Origin: Catajapyx aquilonaris
Lineage: Eukaryota
Reading direction: 5' to 3'
Assembly: GCA_000934665.2 (NCBI GenBank)
Contig: JYFJ02000044.1
Coordinates: forward strand, 124,001-188,000
DNA: 64,000 nucleotides
A program made the position numbers and the translations under genes. The notes beneath the pieces are model-generated. The model was given only the letters and a program-made list of their open reading frames with translations. It was not told where the DNA came from and did no database searches. Positions 27,201 through 40,186 of this stretch are shown here, in pieces (position 1 is the stretch's first letter; each line of letters starts with the position of its first letter).

Positions 27201-29291
27201 CGAAGCACATCGTGAAAGCCGCGTTTCCCCCAAAGCTCTCGTTTTTTCCCCCTTTGCCATTCCTTTCGAGTAAAAAGACATTCATTGATAAGCAAAACGG
27301 AGGTTGTGCCAACACTCGCGGGCAAGAGTAGAGAGATAGAGAGAACGAAAAAAAAAGATAGCTACTTTGCTTGTTTTTCTATGCAAAATTTGATTACTTT
27401 CCTGTCGGTTGTACTTGTAATAAATCACACTTTAAGATAACAAGATCGCCTTTATTGTTCCATTTTTAATATATATATATTCTCCCTCAAATTACTTCAA
27501 CATCATCGGAACAGCACACACACACATTTTGTTGTACGTGTAGATATATTTTTAGACATACTTATAGGCATGGGTTTCGCACACTGAGCGCACACTGAGA
27601 AAAAAAAACAACACTTGTCCTCATCAGTTTTGTTGGTACATTAACTGGGGGGAAGGATTTTGGTGGGGAAAAAGGAAGGGGTGTGCGGTAATGATATTGT
27701 GCTGGAATGTACCGTGATAAAGCGCACACACTGGCGTCCATTTGCAGAAAACAGTTGGATTCTCGTCACACTGTATGGCTCCAGGGGCATCCTCACGTGT
27801 CTGGGGTGAATTACGAGTATGTCTAGAGCTGCCTTCATCACGTTGCACTAGTTGCTGGTAGTTTGTTCAGTCCTGACGTAATGAAGGCGGCTCGACGGCC
27901 TTTAATCACCTCCCACGTACTGTACGTTCTGCCCTTACGTGTCTTCTCTTGTACTTGCAGTTGACTTGGAATCTGATGATTGTACCAGCTGTAGGTGAAC
28001 CAAGAGGGAATAATCGTTAGTGACACCCGTTCATTGCAGGCGAAAATGAGGAGTAATAGAGCACTGTAGCTTTTGAATGGAATGTGACGGGTTAAACCTG
28101 CAAGTTCAGGGTTACTGTAATGTGCTCTTTGACATTTAAATTTGACACAATTAGACGCTCACTTTTTTGCACGGATTTAAAAGTAACCATCTTTCAGTGT
28201 AATGCATCTTCAACCTAAGTTTGAAAGTAACTCTACAGTGCAATAATTGGACCCGACTATACTTTAAGAATGCAATCAGTATGAAGAAATCACTTAAAAG
28301 TTAACCGTTTGTTCAGCACACACCCGGGAGTTCTCCCAAAAGTTAAATCTAATTTAACATTTTAATGTACCAAACTCACTGCATTATTAAAGCCTTAATG
28401 CACAATAATGAGCCCAATTCCACCCCGTATTTGCACTTCCACACCACAATTTATGCCGTGTTGTTGAATTCAATTCAACTTCTCTCCATATATAACTGCA
28501 ATAATACGTCACGAAAATAAGGGACCTTCAAGCCTCCCGTCCTGTGATGATAAAGGTCTGCTTTCACTTTCCCTCGACCTGATTAGCGGAAACAAAGGTG
28601 AATCTGCGAATGACACTCGCCCAGCTCTTGCTAGAGAGGTCTCCTAGTCCATTTCCACTGAATAATCGCGAAACGCAGGAGGGGTTTTCGCAAAACCAGG
28701 CCTCGTTCTCTGCAGCTCTCTCCGCGAATTACCTTTGAAAAGCAGTGCAAAATCTGATGAAGGAATAGGTCTTGGCAGGAGATTTGCGATTGAAAATTCA
28801 TAGCTGAGGGTGGTCACCTCCGTTGGGAAATTATCGCGAGTACAAAAAAAAAGTTTATTACATATCTTGGTCAAGGTTGGCATTTTTTAGCACGTTGAAA
28901 CGCGATACACCTGATGACACGCGCCAACTTTTAAGATCTAAAAAATTTTTATCGCGAAATACCCCCCACAGAACAATCTTTCTCGCATTTTCTCCTCGGT
29001 GCGCACTGCTCGACCTTTTCTGCTCCGTTTCCTGGAGCTGTCGCCAAAAGTGTTTTTTTTTGCGCGCCAAACTGACACGTTGAAAGTTTTTGGAGCAAGA
29101 ATTAACGACCCTGTTTTTTTCGACGAGGATTCAGTTATAACAAGTCATTTCAATTAATATTTGGCTTCAATGGCAGCTTAACAGGCACTATGAAAGCAGG
29201 GTAATGAATTACATTTTAGATTCGATTGCAAAAAAGTCCTACCCCAGAAGCACTTTTCATGCATTTCTGATTCAGCCTTCTTCGCTATTTT

Positions 29292-29297
29292 TTTATT
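29292..29297 (-). promoter_or_regulatory. Candidate polyadenylation signal for gene 2
   Basis: TTTATT on the + strand (AATAAA on -), about 720 nt downstream of the gene 2 stop. Use is not demonstrated. Confidence 0.25.
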
Positions 29298-29754
29298 AAA
29301 AAAATAGCGAAAGGCCAACAAAAGCCGCGTGACTTGTTTCGAAAAACTCGTTTGGACTTCGGGGCGTTGTATGGCGTATTAAATGCACACAAGTGTGTCG
29401 GTTTCCGAGCAGGAAGTCTACGTGACCGAAAAAGAGTCATTACGAATGGAGGAGGGGAAGGTGGGGAGGTAGGTAGGTTGGGAGAGGGCAAAAAAAAAAA
29501 ATCGCTGATACCCATGCGAATGCGTGTGTTTGCTGTGAAGATTGACTATTTCGCCAATCAAACAGGCCTGGATAGCGTGACACCATGCGCACCAAAGGTG
29601 CATATTGATCAACTATTTGCTTCACCCAGCTTATTGCCCGTTCCGTACATACAGGTGTTACAGTCACTAGCGTTACTTGTACGGGTGGAAAAGTTCAAGG
29701 TATCTAGTTGTGGAGGATTTTATGCATTTAAATGCATACATTTCTGAGCAATGT

Positions 29755-29840
29755 GGCACCAGTGTGTAAAATTATGCACCAGTGCGTAAAGTTATGCACC
29801 AGTGCGTAAAGGTATGCACCAGTGTGTAAAGTTATGCACT
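29755..29840. repeat. 20-bp minisatellite, ~4.3 copies (tgcaccagtgYgtaaaRKta)
   Basis: ggcaccagtgtgtaaaatta tgcaccagtgcgtaaagtta tgcaccagtgcgtaaaggta tgcaccagtgtgtaaagtta tgcact. Confidence 0.9.
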
Positions 29841-30012
29841 AATGTTGTGTCGCAATGTATGCTTAGTGCAAAGTGGATCGAATTCAGGCCAATATTTTCC
29901 TGTCAGTTTACGTGAGTGTTTGTTCCGACCCTCTTGTGAAAATAAGCTCCAACTTGACCCCCAAACTCACCTTTGACCCCGAGGAGGAAGAGAGGCTGGC
30001 ATTTCCGGATGG

Positions 30013-30446
30013 TCAGTGCGGCTTCCTCGGCCGGTAGTTGGGCTTGGGCTTCCCGCAGAGGATCCTCTTGAATGCCTGCCTGAACTCTGGACTGAAGATG
30101 GTGTAGATGATAGGGTTGAGTGTGGAGTTGAAGTATCCGAGCCAGAGGAAGGCGCTGAGCATATAGTCGTCGAAGTAGCAGGACTCACAGAGGGGCATGA
30201 GAAGGGCGCAGATGAAGAAAGGTAGCCAGCACATGACGAAGGCCCCTGTGATGATGGCCAGGGTCTTGGCCGCCTTCCTCTCACGCTTGGCCTCCAATGA
30301 CTCCTTCTTTGTGTTGACTTCGGACACTACTGCAGGTCCAGACTTCATGTTCTGGAGGTTCTGCTGTCCCTGTCCCTGCTGCACCACCTCAACTTTGCTC
30401 ACCTCGCTCTGGTGGCTAGCCGCACCGTTGTTCGCCGTTGACTTGT
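30013..30446 (-). CDS. 5-HT1A: 5-HT1 receptor gene 2, coding exon 6 (distal ICL3, TM6, TM7, C-tail)
   Basis: Acceptor cacacttgcag|AC (phase 1, G|AC = Asp). Reads DKSTANNG...KRERKAAKTLAIITGAFVMCWLPFF...WLGYFNSTLNPIIYTIFSPEFRQAFKRILCGKPKPNYRPRKPH to TGA at 30015-30013. Confidence 0.95.
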
Positions 30447-30928
30447 CTGCAAGTGTGGGCAAAAATGTAGACTACAGCACTGATCCCTGTTCAAATGTAT
30501 CAGTTGTTAGTAGAGCTATAGCTGTTAGTTTTCACTAGCAGCGACAAAATCGTGGATAACAACAACTACCCCTCATTGCACACTTGTGGTCAGTTCAAAT
30601 TGCCTTTTCGGGCTATAATTCAATCACTGGATAATGCCGTTACTTTGCAAGCGGAATTGCCATGAATGTACGAGATTACCATATCGTGTCTGTACCGCAG
30701 TGTACACATTCAGAGCGAACACGTTTGGGACCCATTCTGCTAAAATGATACAAAACAATCATTCAGATAAAATGGAAGGTGCACCATTCTGATAGCCATT
30801 ACAGTAGGCTATCTAAATGGCATAACCTCAGAAAATGGGCACTTACAAAATCGGGTTTCAGTATCCCTCACAGTGGTTGACCACAAAGTGTTGGGGCCCA
30901 CAGTTTACCTTTTCTTATGTGAGATTAC

Positions 30929-31332
30929 CTGGAGAGCTGTTGGCGCTTTGCGTGGTGAACTTGGTCGTCTCGACGCTATTATCCTCCTTGGGAATCAAGT
31001 CCTTCTTAGGAATGGGCTTCGGCTTCTTGGCATGGTTGCCCACTCTCCGTCTTATCCTCTTGCGTGCCGTCTGGAAGATCTTCCAGTACAGCACGAGGAT
31101 GACAAACAGAGGCACGTAGAAGGTGGAGCACGTGGCGAATATCTGGTACGACAGGTCCTGGCTCACCATGCACTTCTGTTGGTTGATTCTGTCCAAGAAC
31201 TCCGGATCTTTCCATCCAAACTGCGGCGCCAGAGACACAATCAGTGCCACACCCCAAACCATCACAATCATGATGCCAATTCTGGTGCTGTTTCTCGAGT
31301 GGATATAGTCCACATTGGTCACTGCCCAGTAT
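30929..31332 (-). CDS. 5-HT1A: 5-HT1 receptor gene 2, coding exon 5 (ICL2, TM4, ECL2, TM5, proximal ICL3)
   Basis: Acceptor cattgcag|A completes the Arg of DRY. Reads YWAVTNVDY...FYVPLFVILVLYWKIFQTARKRIRR...NSSP. Donor CCAG|gtaatc. Confidence 0.95.
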
Positions 31333-34300
31333 CTGCAATGACACCATTGGTTCATATGAACAGTGAAGAGAACAAAGGTCGTGTCTTAATGTCATGCAAC
31401 AAACGATTTCTAATGAAAGAATAGCTTTTAAGATTTCAATTCAAAATTGTCCAAACGTGGCCTCAGCAGCTTGCCCCCTCTCTAAAAATAAACCCTATAC
31501 ATCCCTCTGGCCAGAAGTGGGTTGCAGGGTGAGACAAAGGTTTCCTGAAAATCCCCATCCGGTGCTTTGGGCTCCGTGACGGTTGGGTCTCAAGTAACTC
31601 TCTTCCTAGCTGGTCCGTCCCCCCAGAACTGCCTCTCACGAGAGCATTTTCAGCCTGAAATTGACACCCGAGCAAAGTGTCACCTTGAGACATTTTCTGA
31701 GCCCCTCCAGTGGCCCACTAAAAGGGAGACCCCCCTGAAGGAAATGCCGACAATTGGCCGCAGGGGCTGTAATTTACGAGGAGCAATCCGAATCTGATTT
31801 ATTAGTAAGACACGTGAATGGTGCGTGATTTGCTATTACCTAAAAGATGGTGGGGGTAGTGTTGCGAGAGAAAAATAGCTACTTGACGAGGCACACGCGA
31901 TGCTGATTCCAAGTGTGATGCCGGAGAAAATAACTCGCTTTCCTGTCCAAAACGTACACTTTGCTTTGCGGAATGGGCATGACATAAGAGTCGGTTTCAT
32001 GAAGCCGGTTTCTGCAGACCCAATCGTATTTTAATAAGGAGCCTGTTGTCAAAGTATTAGCTGCAAAAGTCGACATTTACAGTGAAGGCTTTACTAGGGC
32101 TGCACCACACACCATTTGTGTACTGCCGGCAATACCGTAGGGCCCTCATTATTTCGGAGGTATAGATTGTGTAGATGAAGAAGACCTCCTGTAAGATAGG
32201 CTCAGTACAGTACAAAAGAGACGCATGGGCTAACGAGGAGCCAGGATGAAAGGCAACCTTAGAAAGTTTGTTCCATCTTCCATGTGATGCGATGTCTTCT
32301 TTGTAACTGCGATGTGTGGTTACCTGTCTTGTACAGTACATAAAGCTTCCGGATCAGTCGTAATACCTGACTGATGTTGAAACTTTGCACTAGTTGTACG
32401 GTAGTTTTACTAAAGAGATTGGCATCTGTGCTGGCTCAAGACTAAAATCAACAATGACTATAAAAGATTGGTAATGTAGAGCTTGCACTTGGCGTCACAT
32501 TTTGGCAAATATTTGTATAACTTTGCACCGTTGTGACATCCTGAGGTACAGTATGTTGAATATGGATGAATATATGGTCGCTTTCCACTTTAGTCTCAAA
32601 ATAATACGCCTCCCAACATTACCTGAACCTCAACATTACAGTGTGGCTGTGTTTGCAGTGTATCCTACCATAACATTAAGAGTCTTACAGTTTAGTTTAC
32701 TCTATACATTACGTTAGTTTGTTCCAGAGCTTTTAAAACTATTAGCTGAATTTTTTGGCGCGTGCTTCGCTGTTGCCCACAAAATTCCAGGAAACAGCAA
32801 ACTTGTTTCTCATGCTGCTTGTTCATTGTTGCACGAAGCATGACAAAGTTATTACCGGTAATTAATTATTACGAGTAATAAAAGTGTATTTAATGAGACT
32901 GGATCCTGTATTTTATAATGCAGCTGTCACGAACTGTGTACGCAACATGACAAGGTATGTTATAAATAAAATTCCTGCCTGTCCTGGAATTTCACTGGTC
33001 ACATCACGTTACCCCAACCTATCAAGTCACATCCGGAGGGCTGTAACACCACCGATCCAATGCACGTAAAGTAATACTGAATGAATCGATACAACATATC
33101 AGTTCATCGATCAATTGCAATGAATACAACATATCGACCCGTACTCACGTTGCACGTCTTTGCGACTAATTTGGAGGCATGTACCGAGTATTTTCGCAGA
33201 GTAAAAAAAAATCCGGTGCTTGTGTAGTTCAACTGACAACAACTGGAGTGAGGTGTCCGAGTAAGCCTTTTGTTGCCTGCCCTTGCTAATTGGACACGAG
33301 AACCACAACCGTTTTAGGACCAGGCTCTCGCATTCCGGAAGCAACAGCCTGACATTTGACTCCCTCTGCATGTTAAGGTTAATGATGCGTGCTCTTCTTC
33401 AAAGCGACTTCCACCTCTGTTTCTCATGCAACTGTTGAAAAGTACTAGTTACGTCTCGTTTTAAATTCACGTCTAATTCAGCATGTCACTGTAAAATGTA
33501 CATAATTTTATTAGTCCAATCAATATGCATAAATGTATCCTATTTTGTTAATTACACGTCAGCTACTATTAAGCTCCTCTTGTACTCCATTATTTTACAC
33601 AATAATTGGTGCTATTATACCGAACAAGAGGAATGCCATTGCTATTAAAGCCGGTTTTCTCTTCCCACACATCCCACCTTTAACAATATGCGCGTTACAA
33701 CAAAAAAAAGGACCGTCGGAACGTGAGTGACAGCCATGGATCCTAGTGTTATTATGCAGGACATGCGACATGGGGTTGTATTTATAGCAGGTCGGCTACA
33801 CAAGCTAACAGGCTAAAAAGTTTCTGCAGAATTGGATCCGCGAGAAACCTGATGTTAAGCAGATACGTACCCTGGGGGCTGTAACCAATTCATCGATGAA
33901 CACTAATCCGCAATAGTTGGCAAGCAGGTTTCGCAGTTACAGGATCCTATTGCGACTAGCGATACTGCGGGTTTTTTTAGCAGATTATTTTTTGCTAATT
34001 TTTAAAGTGCCAGGCTGCAGACTATGGGAGAGGCGGAATTAATTAGTTGCTGGCGGTTCAATCTCTCTCTCGTCACATGCCAACATTTCGTAAAGTTTCA
34101 AGTACTATAGGGAGGGGTTTTCGGCCATTTGGAAGCTTAAAATGCAAGTTCAGACCCTCGAGGAAACACACTGATGCCGTTTTGGGAAGCTCACTAGTAA
34201 TTTTTCGAGTGGAGTTGGTGCCTGGGCTTTAGTGGGGTATTTTTTTAAACGTGTGCAGTGTGTGTTGTGGAAATTCTCTTTGTTGTGGGCGTTATGCTGA

Positions 34301-37300
34301 AGGTGCTTTACAACAGTAAAGGTTATTTTAATTAAAAATACGGCGACCCTTTGGCATTTGTAATTGCGCCTACTATTCCTGAAAGCATCATTAATTTTTT
34401 ATACATATGAATTGGGCCTTTTATTAATTTGGGCCAATTTTATGCATGGCTACTAGTGTACCGAGCAAGGTTTTAAAATTCAGTGTGTCTGAGCCATTTG
34501 CATGAATGTTTCCGTCTGGTGGAATTTTAAAAAAATTAATGGAATAAGCATATAGGTGTAATACCGCAGGAAAGATAAATAATACCCGTCTGAATACATA
34601 GACTATGTAAATTTTCCAATCTGTAATATTTTGTGATTTTATTGAGGGTTAAAGTACTCCAGTGGGAGTTTCCTCACAACTTCTGTAAATATGTCTACAT
34701 ACTGTATATACGAGTATTTTCGGAATTATAATAAATACACATTCATCCTTGTCGTGTAATAAAAAGATTAACGAGGTTTTTCTGGCGATTAGTGCAGCAT
34801 TCGTTCAAGCTGCATAAAAATAAAATAAATGCAGTAGTATCAATGAGCGAGTTCATATAATCACGAGAGAAATAAAATTGATTACACTAGTACCTCGGAT
34901 TTCATTGACACGTGATTAGTTTCACAATACTATAGACTGAAATTGTAGAACGTTGTGTTTATCGTTTAAATATTGTGACAGAAAATAGCTATATTGCATG
35001 TATATAACCTTTTATTTTGTAATGATCTTCCAAGTAATGATTGTGATTCGTTTATAAAACCATCATTTATTTCTCAAACAAAAAAATCAAGCACAAGGGT
35101 TCTTCATTCAGAGCCCATTAGACTAGGCTCCTATTACTAGCAATTTTCCTATTGAAGAAGCCTACCGAGAAATAAACCAATAATATCAGGATTATACTGG
35201 AAACCCAAACCTCTTTTGTAAGAGTTCTGTATAAGAATTTAATAAGAAAATTCTATTATCAGACCGTGTAGTAGATAATCTTGTGGTATATGCTTCAGAT
35301 CACTTTTGTATGTAAAATGGGTTTTAAAATATTTTAAAATAATAGCGCACATTCTCACATAAAACTTGAGGAGATGAAAAGAATTACTTTGCTTCAATCG
35401 ATTTTCTCTCACACAAAATGACCCTTCTACATAAAGAGTGATCCCTCTGCTGGCCAGACATACATCCCCCATAATTTATTTGCAATCCTTCCTAAGCACC
35501 ATGTATCATTCACACGCCCAGACCTTAATCTTAAAGAATGCATGTTCCTGACCCTTTTGTCACTGAATTACCCACCAGATTCCTTCGATTTTAGGTCACC
35601 TGTCGATAACACCCCCCGATTATTTACCAAGTTAATTTGCCCAAAAAGTGTCTGTAGCCAACAGCTGTTGAGTGTATCGCTTCTTGTTAACTCCCCGGTT
35701 TTTGCCGCAAAAACCCGAGTTTATAATGCAATCAAGGTAGAGAGCAGTGCGAACCTCCGGATGAAAGGCAAAACTCGGGCTTCAAATGGAAGCGGAGACG
35801 TCCGTTGTGAAGACGGTCCCTTCATTCCTTATGAAGATTACTGCGGGAAAAAGGGCTGGAAATGTGTGTGCGGAGGAGTAGCAGAAAACGGTTCATCCGG
35901 AGTGAGGACTCCGGATGGCCCTCCCTGGCCTTTACGGGTGCATAATTTAACTGGCCTCCCAGGTGCCCATTACCAACATGCTGGGAAAAAACCAGGGAGG
36001 GAAGGGGCGTGTGGGATGCAAATAAGATGCTGGGGTCAAGTGTTGGAGGACGTGTGTATGCAGGGCCTGATGACCTGTGAAAAGTGGGCATCACATGATG
36101 GGGTCAGAGGAGGTGAAGCAATGGGTAATCAGCGCACGAGGTGAATACGCATGTTGGTAATATGCCATTGTTTTGATTACATTATATTAACATGTACATT
36201 AATTACCAGCACAATGTATAGTTCTTCGATAAAATAGTAGTCTAATTCATAGGATAATTATTAATATTTATAAAATATGTTATTGATATTCTCCATTGTT
36301 TTCATTTGGTTTCACGTCATTTGTGTCGCGGCATCACTGACATTAGTTTGTGGGAAAATCCAAAGCCATGTGTGCTTTGTGTGGGCAATAGATAATTTTG
36401 AAATATATTTTCATGACCAGAATTTTCGGGTCAACCGAGCACAATGCAAAAACTGCGTGGCAAATCCACCCACTGTGCACTGAATTGAACCTCGTGAAAT
36501 TAAATGTACCGTGATTACTACAAATATTTGCTCTGCAAAGCAGTATCGGTAAATAATTTAACGGTTATTTTGACGAAGGATTTATTAATAAAATCGTTAT
36601 GAGCTTAATATCCAGAGGTATGAACAAAATATTTGCTCATTAGAGGAAGGTATTATTACATCCTTCATTTTCGCATTTGTCGCATTGTTTCCTTTCACTG
36701 ATTAATTCCATGCGCTATATGAGATGTTTGCAATATGTAGCTCCATTGGATATCATGCTCCTCAAGTTATGCGGAAATTACATGCGGTGCAGTCTAAGGT
36801 TAGAGCTTCACATACATGTCGAGGTCGATAGCTCCGGGAGCCTATAAATAAACATTTTAGCGTCAGACAAGTTGGACGGTTTCCCTTTTCAAGTTCCTCC
36901 GAGATTAGTCCAAATTGGTCAGGCTATGAAAGCGCAATGACAGCCACTGGACATGGCCTTGGCTCGTGAATAATGTCTTCTAATTAAACTGGCCCACCAC
37001 GTTTCTCCTATAACACAGGCTCGAATATGTGGCACAAAATGCGACATTCTTCGGCTTGTAAAACTTATCGTATGAGCCCATCTCAAAAATATTGCTCGTC
37101 ATATGAAAATATCGCCCCCCATTTCAAACTTAGGACAGCAAAAAATTTCAAGCTGCCTAAGGTGCTCTTTCTTGAACGTGCGAAAATTCAACCACAATTT
37201 TTGATTACGTTAAGAATTTAAAATGCAAATATTTTTGGTAATTTCAGTAGTCACAATCAGTCTTTCTGTCAACAAAACTTAATTACTAGTAAATTAAAAA

Positions 37301-37887
37301 TTTATAATTCTGCTTTGATGGAATAAAACAATGAGTAATGTAAATGAAATACTAATATCAATTGATCAAATACTAAAATTAATTAAATGATCAAAATAAT
37401 ATGTGACAAATAAAATATGCAAATCAACATAAAATAATTATTACGGTATATACAAAAACGACATGTATTTTGCATTATGAACATGCATTTTCTCCCAATG
37501 TGAACTTACACACTGGAATTAATCCAAATCAGAAATTCAACTCCCAAAATCACAATCCACTCTTTTTTTGCAACCTGATTAGCCAGCCATTTTTCATTAG
37601 AGCCCGAACCTGAAGACCTCGACTCCTTTTTTCACGTGTTAGGATCAGAGAGAAATAAAACCCGAACAATAGGAAGAAATAAAGGGCTGTGTCAAATGGC
37701 CCCCGGGGCTCAAACGCACCCATTTGAAGCCAGGTTTAATTAAACACGCCTAAATACAGCACAGCGGCTGATCATACTTGAAAAAATTGCGTCGCGCCAG
37801 CTCGGCCCTCCAGGTCATAATTACCCCCCGTCCGACCCCTCCGAAAAAAAAAGAGTCTGGGGACATGCAAATGACATTAGCACTCAC

Positions 37888-37997
37888 CTGTCCACAGCGA
37901 TAGCCACCAGGTGGAGAATGGAAGCGGTGCAGCACAAAACGTCGCTGGATGTCCACATGTCGCACAGCTCCGGACCCAGAATCCATCCTTTGCTAAT
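37888..37997 (-). CDS. 5-HT1A: 5-HT1 receptor gene 2, coding exon 4 (ECL1, TM3)
   Basis: Strong pyrimidine tract tttttctctctctcatag|ATT. Reads [36 protein letters not shown](R). Donor GACAG|gtgagt. The ORF track does not show this frame. Confidence 0.95.
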
Positions 37998-40092
37998 CTA
38001 TGAGAGAGAGAAAAAGGATGTTTTTAGTTTCGTCCAAGTTACAAATCGAATTTTAGGTTGCAAAAACAGGTAATGGATAATCAATGGCAAAACTTTTCCA
38101 TTATGAAACTAGTCCGAATTTCTGTTAGCAAAAAAAAAGTGTGCGGTGAGTGTTAAGGATTGCGGTCATTAGGCGTCGGCTCATTCATCGAGCTGCGAGC
38201 ATCCGGTGATAAGTCAAGTCTGGCGGGAATATGCGCCCTTAACTCCCATTCTCACGTGCCAGCTATCCTACCAGCAGATCTATCGAAAATCCATATCTCC
38301 CTCAGCTCCTTCTCAACCCAAAATACGAGCCACTTACGCGCTTTTCTAACCCGAAAGAAAAAAAAAGAAGTAGAGGAGCCTACCCACCAGCCAGCAGCAT
38401 CCCAGCAGCACATTGAAAAAGATTAACTCCTTATCTCCATGGCCTATCCTCCCAGTGCAGATTGAAAACGACCTGGGGAGGCTTGGGGATGTATTTTACG
38501 AGTCCAACATAATGTGGTGAGAGAGTGTTGGGAGAGAAATTTATTCTTGGTGGTCCCACAGGTTTCTGCAGTACATAACCTTTTCTGTCGTATATACCTT
38601 TTGCTGTAGGTCTTTATTGCGGATTTTGGGATTGATTGTGACAGAAATGCCCGAGAAACAGACGTTTATTCGAATGTCTGATGGATAGTGACTAAGGGCA
38701 GGTTGAGTCATAGACAAGTAATCAATCCTATGTAAATAACGTGCATAAGTTGTGGGCGACATAGTCAATATTGAACCCCTGAGAGTTTGATTGTTGTGCA
38801 ATTTATAAAATGAGGAAATGTCAGGTTGGTTGTTTACTATACTGTTTTATGACCTATAGCATTGTTTACACGTTAATCCTACCAGATGTGGCTAATTTAT
38901 TTTGTTATGGGACATTGTATCAAATTTGTGTCATTGCGTGTATTCATGTAGCCTACTGTACAGAGCCACGAAATAATTTTTACGTGTTTGCGGTTTGGGC
39001 TTTTAGTGCCTGTTACTCCCGTAACAATTTTAAGCTATTTAATCTATTTAACTAATTTTGATTATATTTAACTATCTATGCCGTATAACTAGAGTTAGAC
39101 AGTACACGTCCTACACATTAGTTTAAACGCAATGATAAAGTAGCTTTTAAAATAGGTGCGAAATAGCAATTACTTTTCACTTACTAGGCGTAACTTGCGC
39201 GTATTAAAATTGCATTTTGTGGATGCTTTGCCGGCGAGGCCTAAATATTAAATGGGGATGAAATTGTTATGCCGGCCCAAAATTAAGTTATACGCCTAGA
39301 ACTGATTTAATTTTTGCTCACCCGCTTTTAAATAATTATTTACGTGTGGTGAGAAACAATGACACTTTTTCTCGCCCATAATTATACACAGTGTAGTACA
39401 CACCTATATACAGAGCCCACGTTAAGTGCGGCAAACCTGATGGAAAATACATTTGAGCGCAACATCCGACTGCAGAGTGTAAAATCAAAATCAGAATTGT
39501 CCGCAGCTCCTATTAAATTTACATCAATCTAAGCAGATTGCATGTACATATTTAACCGCACATGTATTTCATATGCATGCCTCCGCAGGGTGGAAGGCTG
39601 CGCCATATAAATTTTAAGAACCCCCAGGCAATACCCACCAGAATACCGTTACGGCTATACAAATTTTATTTTAATTGCGACCCTGTTTTGTTGCCATGTT
39701 TAGTGTCGCGTCGTTTTGACCGAGATTTTGATTGGAAAATTGTCTCACTCTCCCGACACAGAAGAAGAGCCTAGAATGTTATTGCTTCTAAGTCGTGGGT
39801 ATGGGTGGGCCATAAACGGTGGAGGTTCACTGTTGAAAAAAGCCGTTACAATCCGAGGAAGGGTGTGTTGAAAGACGTGCTTCTGGTTCCTTCTTCCCGG
39901 AGGCGCGGACCATAACTCAACAATGGCTTCTTCTGGCCCGGACTGTTACTGCCCTCAGATACCGCTTGCATAGAAAGGCTTACTTCGAAATCAAGGCTCC
40001 AGCACATATTTCTATTTTATGGCAAAATATGTGCTCTTTTGCTGTGCAGAAAACCCAACAAAATAAAGCTACAGTATATGTCTGTTTCAATT

Positions 40093-40186
40093 TGTTTGTC
40101 CGAGCTGATAGTACCACTATCGCTCGCAAGGTGACAGGAGTGTGCAGAGAAGTTTGCGCCATCTATGAGAGGAGAGGAGTACTATG
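40093..40186 (+). repeat. Dispersed ~90-bp repeat, copy 1 (gatagtaccactatc hairpin plus CTCF-like gcgccatcta)
   Basis: tgtttgtccgagctgatagtaccactatcg..aaggtgacaggagtgtgcagag..gcgccatctatg..gaggagtactatg matches 52154-52242. Confidence 0.7.

Noticed and set aside
27686..27810. Frame reading GNDIVLECTV...W, resembling an Ig-domain strand
   Set aside because: Stops within about 40 codons, and no second Ig cysteine motif or clear splice sites.
28660..29090. CpG-rich stretch with weak inverted similarity (ggggttttcgc / gcgaaatacccc) as a transposon
   Set aside because: The match is short and imperfect, and no termini or TSD could be defined.
20620..29840. Tandem arrays at 20.6 kb and 29.76 kb as CRISPR-like arrays
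   Set aside because: No unique spacers, no cas genes, and a spliceosomal eukaryotic context.
35542..36144. 200-aa ORF antisense within intron 4 of gene 2
   Set aside because: No recognisable domain and an atypical composition; long chance ORFs are expected in GC-richer patches.
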